From assembly GCA_013265495.1 (NCBI GenBank), contig MU058252.1, forward strand, positions 310,001 to 374,000: DNA of 64,000 nucleotides, written 5' to 3'. The stretch comes from Vicugna vicugna (lineage: Eukaryota). Shown in pieces: positions 12,236 to 24,527 of the stretch. Every line of letters begins with the position of its first letter. Position 1 is the first letter of the stretch. The notes beneath the pieces were generated by a model. That model saw only the letters and a program-made list of their open reading frames with translations, searched no databases and had not been told where the DNA came from. The position numbers and the translations under genes are program-made.

Positions 12236-14469
12236 TTTCTCTAGACCTTGCCCTCCCCCTGCTAAATGGGACGTGCGCCTGACATGCCCCCTGGCCTTGG
12301 GGAGGGGAGGGCGGGGTGGGCAGCTGTGGAGCTGTGGTCGGTTCCAGGAGAAGCTCCCTGGAGCCAGGCTGTCTCACCACTGCCCCAGCCCTGTGAACCT
12401 CGAGTCTGTCCCCTGCAGAGATTGTGAACCACCCTCCCCGCCCCGTGTGAGGACACTTACCTCTGAAGGGGACAGAGGAGGACACACACCCTAAACTCCA
12501 GCCATGGGGGGACATTCAGTGCTAAAAGTCACCAAACCACTAAGGAGCAGTTGATGCTAAGCTCCACGGGCTGACAAAATCCAAAATCAGTCCACAACCA
12601 GGAGGGGTCACTGCCAGATCAGCCTCCCAGGAGTGGTCATGGAGGTTCCCTGGAGCAGGTGGGACCAGAGCCTCACCTTGAAAGAGGATGGGCCAACCTC
12701 CTAGGTAGCACGGGCCCGTGGTGCCAAAGCTAATGGGGTGGGGCTAGACTCCCGTCAGCTTCTGGGGACCTAGGAGCAGCCAGGGTTTCCCACCAGCCAC
12801 GGTCGACTCCCAGAACCGGTAACCCCTCCTGCCTTGATTCTGCTCATGTCACTTCCCACCAGGAACCCTTCCCCCGTCACAGCCATGTCCAGGTTGGGGA
12901 CTCCACTAGTCCTCTCCCTGGCATGAGGAAGAGGGGTTGCCTGTGCTGGCCCTTTTGGGTTTATCCTGTGGCATAGAAGGGCGATGCCATGTTTTGGGGG
13001 CAGCAGCAATGTATGGGACACGCTGGGGCAGCAGCAACTGGAGGCCAGCCTGGAAGAGGTGGCAGCGGCTCAGGTGTGAGTGCAGGAACCAAGGTTGAGA
13101 GTCCCCACAGTCTCTTCTGCATGTGGTTTAGGACCAAACGCTACTTTAGGGACAGAACACTGGAATTATCCCAGGGCCAAAGCCACCTTGGTTTGATACC
13201 TTGCCTTCTTGGTGATGAGAGGTTGTACTCCAGGGCCAGCTCAGCCCAGGAAGCAGCTCTGGGTTGCTTTGCCACTCAACGCCCCCCCTAGTGAGGGCAG
13301 TCAAGGGCAGGCCTCAACTTACCGGCCAAGTCCACACTGGCCTGCCCTGGCCCCTCCCTCAAGGGAGAGCCAGCAGAGGCCACCTCCTGCTCTACCAGCA
13401 CCAGCCACAGCCTCCAACCTCCCGAGACACCTTCTGACACCAGCTCCTAAGTCTCTCCTTACCTCTTCAGGGCAGCCTCTCCAAATCCTGTACCCTCTTT
13501 AGGGACGTAGTGAGATCTATGGCAAGCCCTGAGCTGTAAGGCCCTGCGGTCAGCCACATACTTGCTATGTGGCCTTAACCTCGACCTTGGCTCCTGTAGC
13601 AATTCCACGCAGATCATAAACCCAGCTGTACTTAATTTTGAGAGCTTGTTTTAAGAATTTAAACAATCTGAGGTAAGGTACTTAAAACTCACAGTGCTAC
13701 AGCCTAGAAGCTGGTGACAGCTGCAATAAACCCTGTTATTCACGCCTTCAAGATGTGTTCATTAAGTACCTACCATGTGCACTGCGCCTGCGCAGGGGAT
13801 GAGGCCATCCCTGCCCCCGTGGAACCTGTGGTCTCATCGGGAGGATGGACAGGAGGCCAGGCGACCGCAGCAGCACAGTGTCATCAAAATTCGGTTTGTG
13901 AACTATGTCATCCCTTCCACTCAACTGCCAAGAGCCCGCCAACATGAACCCTTAACCTCAAATGCTTTGTGGAAGGAGATAGATTAGAAATAAGTTTCAG
14001 TAAATAAATTAGTGGAAATAAACCTGCCTTATCTCAGGTTGCAGTGTAGCATCTCCCAGGTCCACAGGGGCAGGTCAGTGTGCAACCAAAAGCGCAGGGC
14101 TTTACCCTGACAAGCAGTCCTGATTGTCCATGACAGCTACCACCCTCAGCTGCCCACTGTGCCCTGCACATTGGATCAGCAAGATACCCGAGTCCCACTT
14201 CAGGCCAGTTGGCACTAACCTTGCAGGCGGCAGCTCTGCTTTCTGGAGGTGTCTGCTCCAACCGCTGAGGGTCCTCCCCCTGCCCAACCCATCGTCTCCT
14301 CCGGAACATCTGAGCCATCTTCAGTCAAATACCCCGGCTCTGCCCTCTCCAGGCCAGCGTTGCCTCACCGTGCTAGGCGCTGTGGCCCAGAGCCCTCCAG
14401 CTTGTTCAGGGGCACAGTGTCTCTTACTTTAGAGAAGTCCGAGTGCAAAACAGGCATACCCCGACTACT

Positions 14470-14790
14470 GATGGGAGTGCAAAGTGGGGTAGCCCCTAGG
14501 ACGGGGAATTTTGTGGTCTCTATCAAATTCCCTGTGCAGTTCCCTCTTCTTGACCCAGCAGCTCTATTTCTGGGAGTTTACGTCTGTGCAACGGTATTAG
14601 AGCACCACTGTTTGTAATGGAAGACTGGAAACTCCCAATGTCCATCCATAGGGGTGCAGTTATATAAACGATGGTACTTCCACATAAATGAAATGGTATT
14701 GAACCATTTAAAACACGGGGAAGCATCCCAGGTACTGGATATGACGTGATCCCTGGAATATGCTGCTAAGTGAAAAAAGATATGAGATCA
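14470..14790 (+). mobile_element. Old L1M fragment
   Basis: Resembles the L1 ORF2 end / 3' UTR (GACCCAGCA..TCTATTTCTGGG, AATGTCCATC, ATGCTGCTAAGTGAAAAAAG). Confidence 0.6.
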
Positions 14791-15710
14791 TAGAACATTC
14801 ATGTTACCTGGGACGGTTGCACGTGGGCACCCATGTTATAGCTGGAGGGTGGTAGGTGAGCCCACCGTCACTGTGGCAGAGGCCAGCCTCCAAGACAGGA
14901 GGGCCTGAGCATGGGGAGGTGGGAAAGAGGGTCACTAGAGACACCACTGCTGGACATGGGGCCTGAAGAGTCTGTCTGTCATGTAGGCTGGGATGCTAGG
15001 GGCTCAGAAAGAAGAGTCTGTTGATACCAAACTTCCCACACTTTCCAGCCTGGTCACGAGCCAGCTTCGCTCTTTGTGAAAGAGCAAGTGATCCCAAGTG
15101 AGGTTAGTGGGAAGGGAGGAGAGGGGGGAGGGGAGAGGGGCTGGGCCAAAGGCCAGCGACTGACCCTCGGGCCTGACATACAGGGGCTGTAGTTGGGAAC
15201 CTAGGGGGCCCTGAGGGCACCCCTAGCCCCAGCTTATGTCTGGGCTCCCCTCAAGCCCTCCCCAAGATTGCTGTGGTTTCCTGCTGGCGCCTTTGGTCTC
15301 CACAGCCACGGCCCCCCCACACTGCACTCAGGGCTCAGCCTGGGGCCCCAGGACAGCTCAGGCTCAGCAGAGCAGCCTCCAGCAGAGCGGCCCCGCTGGC
15401 CACATCGGCTGCACCCTACCTGATCTCTGCTGCGGAGCGCTCACACCCAGCGCCGCGCCCAGCTGAGCCACAGCCCGGTCCTGGAGGAGGTCAAGTGGGA
15501 CCCGCTAGGCTGCCACAGCCAGTCTCGCCAGGCCAGTGCCTCCCCACCTCTCCGCCCTCTCCTCTCCTTGCCTCACACCTGCAGTGACCCCTGCCTGACC
15601 CTCCAAATCCCCTTCTCAGCCCTAGTCCTCCAACCCACCCTCTCTCCTCCTCCTAAGCCCCTGTATCCTGGTCTCCCAGCCCTCCCAGTCCCCCACCCCG
15701 GGCTCCAGCC

Positions 15711-18700
15711 ATGAAGCCCCCCTCAGGGCCGGAGGAGGCCCAGCGGCCTGCCTCAGACATCTACGTGTTCGCCAGCAGCTGCACGATGCACGGGCTGGGC
15801 CATGTCTTTGGCCCGGGGGGCCTGACCCTGCGCCGGGGGCTGTGGGCTGCAGCCGTTCTCCTGTCGCTGGCCACCTTCCTCTACCAGGTGGCGGAGAGGG
15901 TGTGCTACTACAGGGAGTTCCACCACGAGACAGCCCTGGAGGAGCGCGAGAGCTACCGGCTCACCTTCCCAGCCGTCACCCTGTGCAACATCAACCCGCT
16001 GCGCCGCTCACGCCTCACACCCAACGACCTGCACTGGGCCGGGCCGGTGCTGCTGGGCCTGGACCCCGCCGAACACGCCGCCTACCTGCGCGCCCTGGGC
16101 CGGCCCCCCGCGCCGCCCGGCTTCATGCCCAGCCCCACCTTCGACCTGGCCCGGCTCTATGCCCGAGCCGGGCATGCCCTCGAGGACATGCTGCTGGACT
16201 GTCGCTACCGCAGTTGGCCATGCGGGCCAGAGAACTTCACCACGGTGAGCTGGCCACCGACCTCTCCAGCCGGGGACCTGGGACCCACAATCCCGGGTCT
16301 TGCTGGCCCAGGCTCCCTCAAAGCCAGGGAACCTTAACATCTGTGCTTTTGGGTCCTTTCCTTCCCAGTCAGGCCATGACCTCCCATGGCCTTTCTGTTC
16401 AGCCCAGGAAGCTGTCCTCCTTGGGCCCCGCCCTGCCACTCAGCTGGATGGCAGTGTGCAAAGTTGCACCTCCCAGCAAGGGGCACTCACCCAGGCTGGC
16501 TCTGGGCCCAAGGTCTAGTCTGTAGAGACCCTGCTTTTGGGGCGTGGGGGGTAACTGGTGTTGTAGGGCAGGAGACCCCCCTCTGCCAGGGGGAAGGGGC
16601 TTGTCTGCTTCCTCAACATTTGGCCAGACCTGGAAGATGGTAACTGAGACCTTCATCCTTTGACACCTGTCTCCGAAGAAACGCTTGGCCTATAGGCTGT
16701 GCCCTGGGCTGGGAGTGGAGGGGAGAAGCTGAGTGATGGGAGCCCATGAGGGTCCTAATACATGTGCCTGTAAGAGGGAGGGTCGGGGGCAGTAAGAGGT
16801 GGACTCCAGTGTTCAAAGAAGAGACCCAAATAGAGGATGGGGAGGGAAAATGTCCCACGGTCCTCGTGTTGGCCCAGGGGAAAGAGCTGGCGGGGCTCCT
16901 TGTTCCTGGGTGAGATCTGTCATCTGTCTTTCCACCCCCAGATCTTCACCCGGATGGGACAGTGCTACACCTTTAACTCTGGCGCCGAGGGGACGGAGCT
17001 TCTCACCACTCCCAAAGGCGGCATGGGGAACGGGCTGGAGATCATGCTGGACGTGCAGCAGGATGAGTATCTGCCCGTGTGGAGGGACATGGGTATGGGA
17101 GCACACGTGTGAGGCTGGGGGTGCACAGCTCGGGTGGCTCTGGGAAGGAGGGGGGGATGGTGAGGGCCCCCAAAGGCTGTCCTTCCTTGTGAGGAGAAAG
17201 CAGGGTTAGCTGGTCACAGTCCTAGGGAAAAGGGGCTGCAGCAGAGGGTCTCCTGGGACTCGAGCCTCAGGGTCCCACTTCCACTGCAGAGGAGACCCCA
17301 TTTGAGGTGGGGGTCCGAGTACAGATCCACAGCCAGGAGGAGCCGCCACTCATTGACCAGCTGGGCTTCGGGGCAGCCCCTGGCTACCAGACTTTTGTGT
17401 CCTGCCAGAAGCAACAAGTATCCTCACTGGTGCCTCCCAAGCCCCAGGCTCCCAAACCCCTCCTCAGCCCACACCACCTTAGACCCCAACCGCCAGCTCC
17501 TCAAACCTGTTCCAGTGACCTCACATCCTCCCCAGGCCCACGCTTCTCCCAGAGCCTCCTTAACACATCCCTCTACAGCTGAGCTTCCTACCGCCGCCCT
17601 GGGGTGATTGCAGCTCTGTACCTCTGGACCCTGACTTTGAGCTAGAACTCTCTGGTCCTCTGGGTCCCTCCAGTCCCAGCCCAGGCCCCAGCCCTCCATA
17701 TAGTCTAATGGGGTGTCGCCTGGCCTGCGAGACACGCTATGTGGCTCGTAAGTGCGGCTGCCGAATGATGCACATGCCTGGTAAGGGGCTGGGAGCAGCA
17801 GAGGAAGAGGGCCAGGGGTGAGGGTAGAGAGGCCTGGGGGTCCACTGCTGAAGCTGTCTCCTCTGCTCCCCGCCCCAGGCGGCGCGCCAGTGTGCAGCCC
17901 CCAGCAGTATAAGGACTGTGCCAGCCCAGTGCTGGGTAAGCAGCAGGCCTCCCCAGCATCCTGTCCCCAGTCCGCTTGGCCCGCGACCCCAACCCCGACC
18001 CTGCAGGGCGTGCAGCCTTGACCGGGCGCCTGTGGCCTGCAGACGCCATGCTGCGGAAGGACGCGTGCACCTGCCCCAGCCCCTGCGCCAGCACGCGCTA
18101 CGCCAAGGAGCTCTCCATGGTGCGGATCCCCAGCCGCGCCTCCGCCCGCTACCTGGCCCAGAAACACAACCGCAGCGAGGCCTACATCACGTGAGCCGGG
18201 TCGAGGGGCTGGGGGCCGGGCCGGCACCCTCCTCCGGGTCCAGCCTCCATTCGCAAACCCGGGTGGGACACCAGTCTGTCCATTTTCACGGGGCTCAGGG
18301 ACTCTGGGCAAGCTGCTTAACATCTCTGACGTCTCTTCTGAAAAGGGGGACGGTGACACCCCTCCCCAGAGCTCATGAAAGGACCAGAGAACAGGGCACC
18401 TGTTTCTGCAGGCAGCTGGCACTAGGCAAACGCTCTCGGACTCCCTTCCTCCAGGGAGAATGTGCTGGTGCTGGACATCTTCTTTGAAGCCCTCAACTAT
18501 GAGACGGTGGAGCAGAAAAAGGCCTATGAAGTGTCTGCCCTGCTTGGTGTGTATGTGTGTGTGTGTGTGCACCCTGCAGTCTAGGGAGGTGTGGACAGAA
18601 AGCACCTGTGAGCTGACAGGTGACCCTGTCTCCGCAGGTGACATTGGCGGCCAGATGGGGCTGTTCATTGGGGCCAGCCTGCTCACTATCCTTGAGATCT

Positions 18701-19324
18701 TGGACTTCCTCTGTGAGGTGGGCCTGGGTCCCAGCCTGGGGTGAGAGGTGGGCAGAATCAAGCCACAGGATCCAGGGGGAAGGCATGCACTGGCCACCTC
18801 CACCACTGCTCACCCCCAGGTGTTCCGGGACAGAGTCCTGGGATACTTTTGGAACCGGAAGCGCTCCCAAAGGCACTCCAGCACCAATCTGGTAACAGCC
18901 CCCTCCTTCTGCCCTGCCATCTCCACTGTGGGTGCTCAGCCCCTCCCCCTGAAGCGTAGACCACCATTCCTACCCAGCTGAGAAAAAAAGTGGTGGGGGA
19001 GGGCACAGTTTCCTTGGCTAGTCTCTCCCGGCCTCTGACCCTCTCCCTCCTCCCACAGCTTCAGGAAGGGCTGGGCAGCCATCGAACCCAAGTTCCCCAC
19101 CTCAGCCTGGGCCCCAGGTAACAAGAAATGCCCCATAAAGTCAAGGGAGGAGGGGCAGGTCCCAACCAGAGGGTGAAGTTTAGGTCTGGGAGGACAGGGG
19201 CAGGAGCAGGGCTGTGTCCCAGTGCTGTGGTCTGTGTCTCACCAGGCCTCCCACCACTCCCTGTGCTGTCACCAAGCCTCTCTCTGCCTCCCACCACACC
19301 TGCTACCTCGTCACCCGGCTCTAG
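15711..19324 (+). CDS. ASIC3: Acid-sensing ion channel 3, 533 aa
   Basis: Exons: 15711-16244, 16942-17092, 17290-17417, 17579-17780, 17879-17935, 18043-18190, 18455-18546, 18638-18717, 18820-18891, 19059-19117, 19246-19324 (1602 nt total). Contains the N-terminal HG motif, [10 protein letters not shown], the Cys-rich thumb, TM2 GLFIGAS selectivity filter and the C-terminal PDZ ligand VTRL. Confidence 0.97.
18547..18570 (+). repeat. (TG)n microsatellite forming the ASIC3 intron 7 donor
   Basis: GTGTGTATGTGTGTGTGTGTGTGC directly after exon 7. Confidence 0.8.
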
Positions 19325-19406
19325 ACTGGATGTCTGTATCTTCGGGGCCCCACCCCAACATCCAGGATGTGGCCAGCTTGCATGCGTCTTTGCTCTCTTC
19401 ATCCCA

Positions 19407-19412
19407 AATAAA
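19407..19412 (+). terminator. ASIC3 poly(A) signal
   Basis: AATAAA 83 nt after the stop codon. Confidence 0.8.
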
Positions 19413-20705
19413 GTTCTAGTACATCAGCCTCAGCGGTCCCTCTTACAGGCAGGCTAGCCCGGCCAAAGTCCACCCTGCTCAGGCACAAGGCCTCTGCCAG
19501 CCATCATCCAACGACGTGATGCCTGAAATGCCAACCAGCAGAAATCTGTCTTTGAGAGAAGAGTAGTAAGACAGCATGCAGTCAGTGCACCTCAGTGTGA
19601 ATGAATCTGTCAAACCAGCATCTCAGAGAGAGCGGAGATCAGAGCCAGGCGTGAAGGCAGGGAGGAGGCAGTGGTAGGACAATCACGTTGCGGGTCCTAC
19701 AAGGGAAGAGCTGGAGAAAGAATCTGACCCAGAGCCAGGAAGACTTGGGGGAGCAGGCGGGGAGAAGACAGGGCACTAGCCCACTTCCAAGAACACAAGC
19801 TGCGGTCCTGTCTCAGGAGATCATGACTCTTCTTCTCACATTTGGGACCAGGCGCCAGCTTGCCCACCCCTCTCCATGGGAACCAGTCTTGCTTCCCCAG
19901 CCTCTCTGCAAGAGAAGGCCCCAGCCTGAGATGGGGAGAGGAGGCATTCCCTTCCCACTCCTGCCAGCAAGGACACATCCAGGCCCAGCCATGGCCCACT
20001 TTCCCACTCTTTCTCTGCATCCTAACTATTGGAAAAGGACAAGTAAGGGAACAGGGGAGGGGGTGTTCCTACCCACATCTTTGGGTCTCTCCTGCAGGCT
20101 CAGGTGTAGGGGGATGAAGAGGGAAGAGGTGGGGCAGGCACACGTGGGATAAAGAGAACCACAAAAAAAGGCCCGGCTCTTTTCTCCCAATTCTGGTGGA
20201 AGCCCATCGCTGCTCTCAGACACTGGCGGTCTAACCCCTCAGGACCCGCCCTCCTGGGCAGAGGAGAAAGGGACATGCATGAGTGCACAGGCACATGTGT
20301 GGGGACAGCACTGCCCCTAAGCCCAGACCATAAAGGGTAAGGGTCAGAGCCTCCACCCTCCAGCTTCCAGCCCGTCACTTAGAGTGGCCGAGCCAGGACC
20401 AGACAGTTGGGTTGTGTTTGGACTGGAAGCAGGGCTGCAGAGGGAGAGGAGACGAAGCAGAGATTCCCCGACCCAGGCCCCACCCCCAAGCCACTTTACC
20501 ACATCAGCCAGACTGTGGGAAAGGAGCCAATTTATGAAATTAAATAAAGTCCATGGAGGGCGTGAAGAACACGGGTGAGGGCACCTCCATCCTGGCCGGG
20601 TCCAGCACAGCTGGAGCTCAGCACACCGTGCATCCCTGCCTTTCCTCCCCTCCCCAGAGGGGGCTTAAATAGGCCAGGCCCCAGCCTGGTGGCCGAGGCT
20701 GGAGC

Positions 20706-23700
20706 CTAGGGAGGGCAGAAGTCGGAGAAGTAGGGGTGCTGCAGGGCCTCTTCTGCTGAGATGCGCTGGACGGGGTTACACTTTAGGAGGTTCTGGAAGC
20801 AGAGAAGGGGCAGCAGGTTCAGGCCCAGAGCTTCGCACTCCCCGAGTCCCTCCCGACTAGCGCCCTGCCCTCGGTCACCTGCAGCAGGTCCCTCCCTGTG
20901 GCGTTGAGCTTGGGTACAACGTTCACCAGGGACGTTGTGGCCGGGTACATCGGGTAGGGCTGTAGGGGACAGGGAGACTCAGACTAGGGCTGTGGGGGCA
21001 GGGAGGCTGCTAGGGACATGAACTAGGGGGGGGGCCAGAGGTGAACCCCGACCCCCCATTCCCCATCACACCTTATAGTCTGGCAGCTTGGTCATGGCAG
21101 GCCACTGCTCCTCGGTTGGTGTCCCCAGCAGCGTGTCCACAGGGTCAAGGATCACTCAGGTGCAAAGGGGCAGGTGAGGGGCTCTTCCCCTCCTGGGTTC
21201 CCCACCCTCCTCACTTTATCCCCCAGCTCATGATGGAAGCCGCCCCCCACACCTGCGATGCTCATCTTCAGTCCCACCTGTGTGCTGTTTTCGGAGGGCC
21301 AGGTGCTTTACAGACGTTAACTACTTTGACCCAAATCCTGACCCAAGACCTGATGTCTGTGGTCCTAATGAAGCAGTCAGCCCTCCCCTACTTCACTTAT
21401 CATCCTCCTGTTCCTTTCGACTCCTTGGTCCTTGTTCGGCAGCTCTTAGCTGGAGAAGTGTGCACTTGGCTTCCTCTGCCAAGAAGCCCTCCTTATCTAC
21501 AGGCCACACACTCTCCAGCCAGAACCATGCACCTGCCCTGCCCGGTGACAACCAGGGTGTCTACTACCCTCTGCCCTCAAGAGAAGTCCCCAGGCACCCC
21601 CAGTCCTGACCCAGCCCATCACAGCCCTCCCTCCCTGCACTCTAAGCTCCGTGGCTGCCTACTCCCCTTCCCGAGGGTGTGAGATGAAGGGAGATGGGAG
21701 GATATCGGAAGATCCTCTTCAACTGGTCATCTACGTCGTTGCCAGGAAAGAGAGGCCGCCCCGCGTTGGCCAGCTCTGGGTGAGAGGCGAGGGGACAAGG
21801 GGAGGTGACCCAGGAATAACCCCTCTCACCCACGGCACCACCTGTGCCTTCCATCCCCATCCCAGAGGCCCCACTCCCTTCCCCAGAGGGGACTCTCCAG
21901 ACCCCATCTGTCCACTTAAATGGGAGAGAGAGTGCCTCTGCAGACCCCAGCATGTCACCTGCGAAGATGCAGCCAGCTGACCACATGTCAATGGACGTGG
22001 AGTACAGCTTGGCCCCGAAGAGGACATCCGGTGGGCGGTACCACAGCGTGACCACCTGGAGAAGACCCCACCCACGGGGACCCCCTCGTTAGTGGGCTTG
22101 GGAGGAAAGAGCTCAGAGAGGAGAGGAAAATAATGTTTGGGGTCCTGGAATAGGAGTTGGGAGACACTCCTTGGGGACTCCCTCCCTCATCCCCAAGTGC
22201 CATCCCGCCACTCACCTCAGCTGAGTAACAGCGAACAGGGATCCCAAAGGCTCGAGCCAAGCCAAAATCAGCCAATTTCAGCTCCCCGTTCTGAGGGCAC
22301 GGGAAGGGGCGTGGAGGGGCTTTTCAACAGTCTCGGGGCAGGCCACGCGCTCAGGCCCCGAGCTCCCACCCTCCCGCCCCGCTCCTCACTCCGTGCCAGC
22401 CCAGATGTCCGGCCCTCTCCCAGAGAGGTACCCTGTTTATGAGCAGGTTCTGAGGCTTCAGGTCTCTGTGTAGCACGTTGCGGCTGTGACAGAATCCCAG
22501 GCCTTTTAGCAGCTGGAAGAGGAACGACTGGGGGAGGGGCAGGGAGGAGGTCATCAGACCCTCCTGATAGGAAGCTCGCCCAGCAATGGAGCACGCGCCC
22601 CTCTTCACCCTTTGCTTTGCCCTGAAACCCCCCCGGGCTTTCAGCACCAAGCTCGCACGACATCCTTCCTTCACTAATGAGGACCTACTTTGTACTGTGC
22701 TGAGTATTCAAAATGAACGGTGATGGGGACCCTGGTCCCCACTTTCTGAAATTGACAGCTTAGTGGGCCTTCCTCCCTTTCCAGCCTACACTGATCTCTC
22801 CCCTTCCTGGCCTCATTTAAACGCGTACATCATAACCATCAATATATATATATCGTGCTGTATTATTATTCAGCACTTGTTTCCCCGGGAACCTGGGACA
22901 AGGCACTTAGTCTTGGACCTAGAACTGTGCCTGATACACAGCAAAGCATTCAGTAAGTATTTGTGGAATGAATGAATGAATGTATCTCTTGGAACCTCAT
23001 CTTCCCACTTCTCAAATGTAAACCATGTCACTGACATCAGAGTGTTACTGTCAGGTCAAAGAGATCACAAGAAAATGCCCTCTAAGATGGAGGTAGTAAC
23101 AGGGTATTCTCCTTCTCCTACGCCCCGGAGGGGCCCCAGAACTCGGCACTCAGCAAGCACGTTCACTGAATATAGACTCCAATCCCATCCTCAAGGAGCT
23201 CCCAGAATGCCAGTTCCCTCACCTTCACAATTTCAGGATCTAGGTCACCATTGCAGCTGTCGAAATACTTCTTCAGGTCCTAAAAAGGGATGGGGGTGGA
23301 GGAATGGGACAGCGTTTAACCTCAGTCTGGGTCCCTATACCCTCCCAAGGCTGCTGTCCCTCGAGCCCCTCTTCACCTGGTCACAGAACTCAAATACCAA
23401 AGTCAGCTTCTTGTCGCTATGCAGGACGTCATGGAGCCTAGGGAGAAGGGAGAGCTGAGCCAGTCAGGGCCACAAGTTTGCTCCTAACATTCTGGTATCA
23501 GCCCAGCCCATCTCTGAAGCCCCCACCTCCTCCAAATGACCACACAGGCAAGGAGGACCCCACCCATCTACACACCTGACAATGTTCTTGTGCTTCAGCT
23601 CTTTGAGTAGGCAGATTTCCCGAAGGGCTGAGCTTGGCACTCCCTACACATTGGAGGGGACCGGGTGGGCAACAGTCACATCCCACCCAGCCTAGGCCCG

Positions 23701-24527
23701 TCACCCCTCCCTGGTCCCAATGCCCCAGTCCTACCTCATCATCGTCATCCAGCCTCACCCGTTTCAGAGCTACAATCTCATGAGTCTCTCGGTTTTTTGC
23801 CTTGAACACTGTTCCGTAGGTGCCTAAAGGAAGGAGGTCAGGGGTGAGGGAAAGGATGGGGCACCCTTCCCCAAACCAGGAAGTCCCTGCCAGGAGAGCA
23901 GGCAGTGTGGGAACGTGTTACTTCTGATGCCTGGAGGAGTAAGGGAAGAGATTCAGGGTGTAGGCTCGGCATGGAACCGTTCTGTGGGGAGTGGGGATGT
24001 GGCAGAAAGGGGCCTGCAGATAGATGGCTTAAGGGTGTGTGCAACAGGGAGAGGCTGCTGCTGCCAGGGTAAAGAGGTCTATAATAGAGGCTGTGCTTCT
24101 GGAGGGCCTGGAAATAGTGAGCAAGGGTCTGGAAGAGGAATGAGGGCCAGCAGGAACGTTGAGGTTGAGGTCTGCAGCGAGAACTGAGGCTAGGCAGTGG
24201 GTGACGCTGGGCAAGTGGTGCTGAGGATAGGGGTAGGAAACGCAGGGCGTGCAGAGGTCGGGAGGTGGGTCTACAAGAAGTGCTAAGGATGGGAGGGAGC
24301 GTCTATGGAAAATGTTAACAGGGGGAGGATTGGTGTCTGCACAGAGTGTTGAGCTTGGGGCCAGGGCTGCCGCCAGAGCTTGAGGTCAGGGTCCCTGGGT
24401 ATTGCTGAAGGTAGAGGAGTCAGGGCTGCAAGGAATGCTGAAGGGTCTGCAGAAGAAGATCTTGCAGGAACATCTCGTGGTCCCCATTACCTTCCCCAAT
24501 CTTCTCCAGTTTCTCGTATTTCTGCAT
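20706..24527 (-). CDS. CDK5: Cyclin-dependent kinase 5, 292 aa
   Basis: Minus-strand exons: 24527-24491, 23823-23735, 23643-23576, 23437-23377, 23279-23223, 22527-22432, 22290-22216, 22055-21959, 21775-21706, 21132-21072, 20959-20879, 20792-20706 (879 nt total). Motifs: [43 protein letters not shown]. Confidence 0.98.
21133..21705 (-). other. CDK5: U12-type AT-AC intron (CDK5 intron 9)
   Basis: 5' splice site ATATCCTCC at 21705, branch point TCCTTGAC at 21151-21144, terminal AC at 21134-21133. Only this splice restores the frame IFR|LLGTP. Confidence 0.95.
22850..22985 (+). mobile_element. L2 3' end
   Basis: GTGCCTG..ACACAG....CATTCAGTAAGTATTTGTGGAATGAATGAATG tail. Confidence 0.65.
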
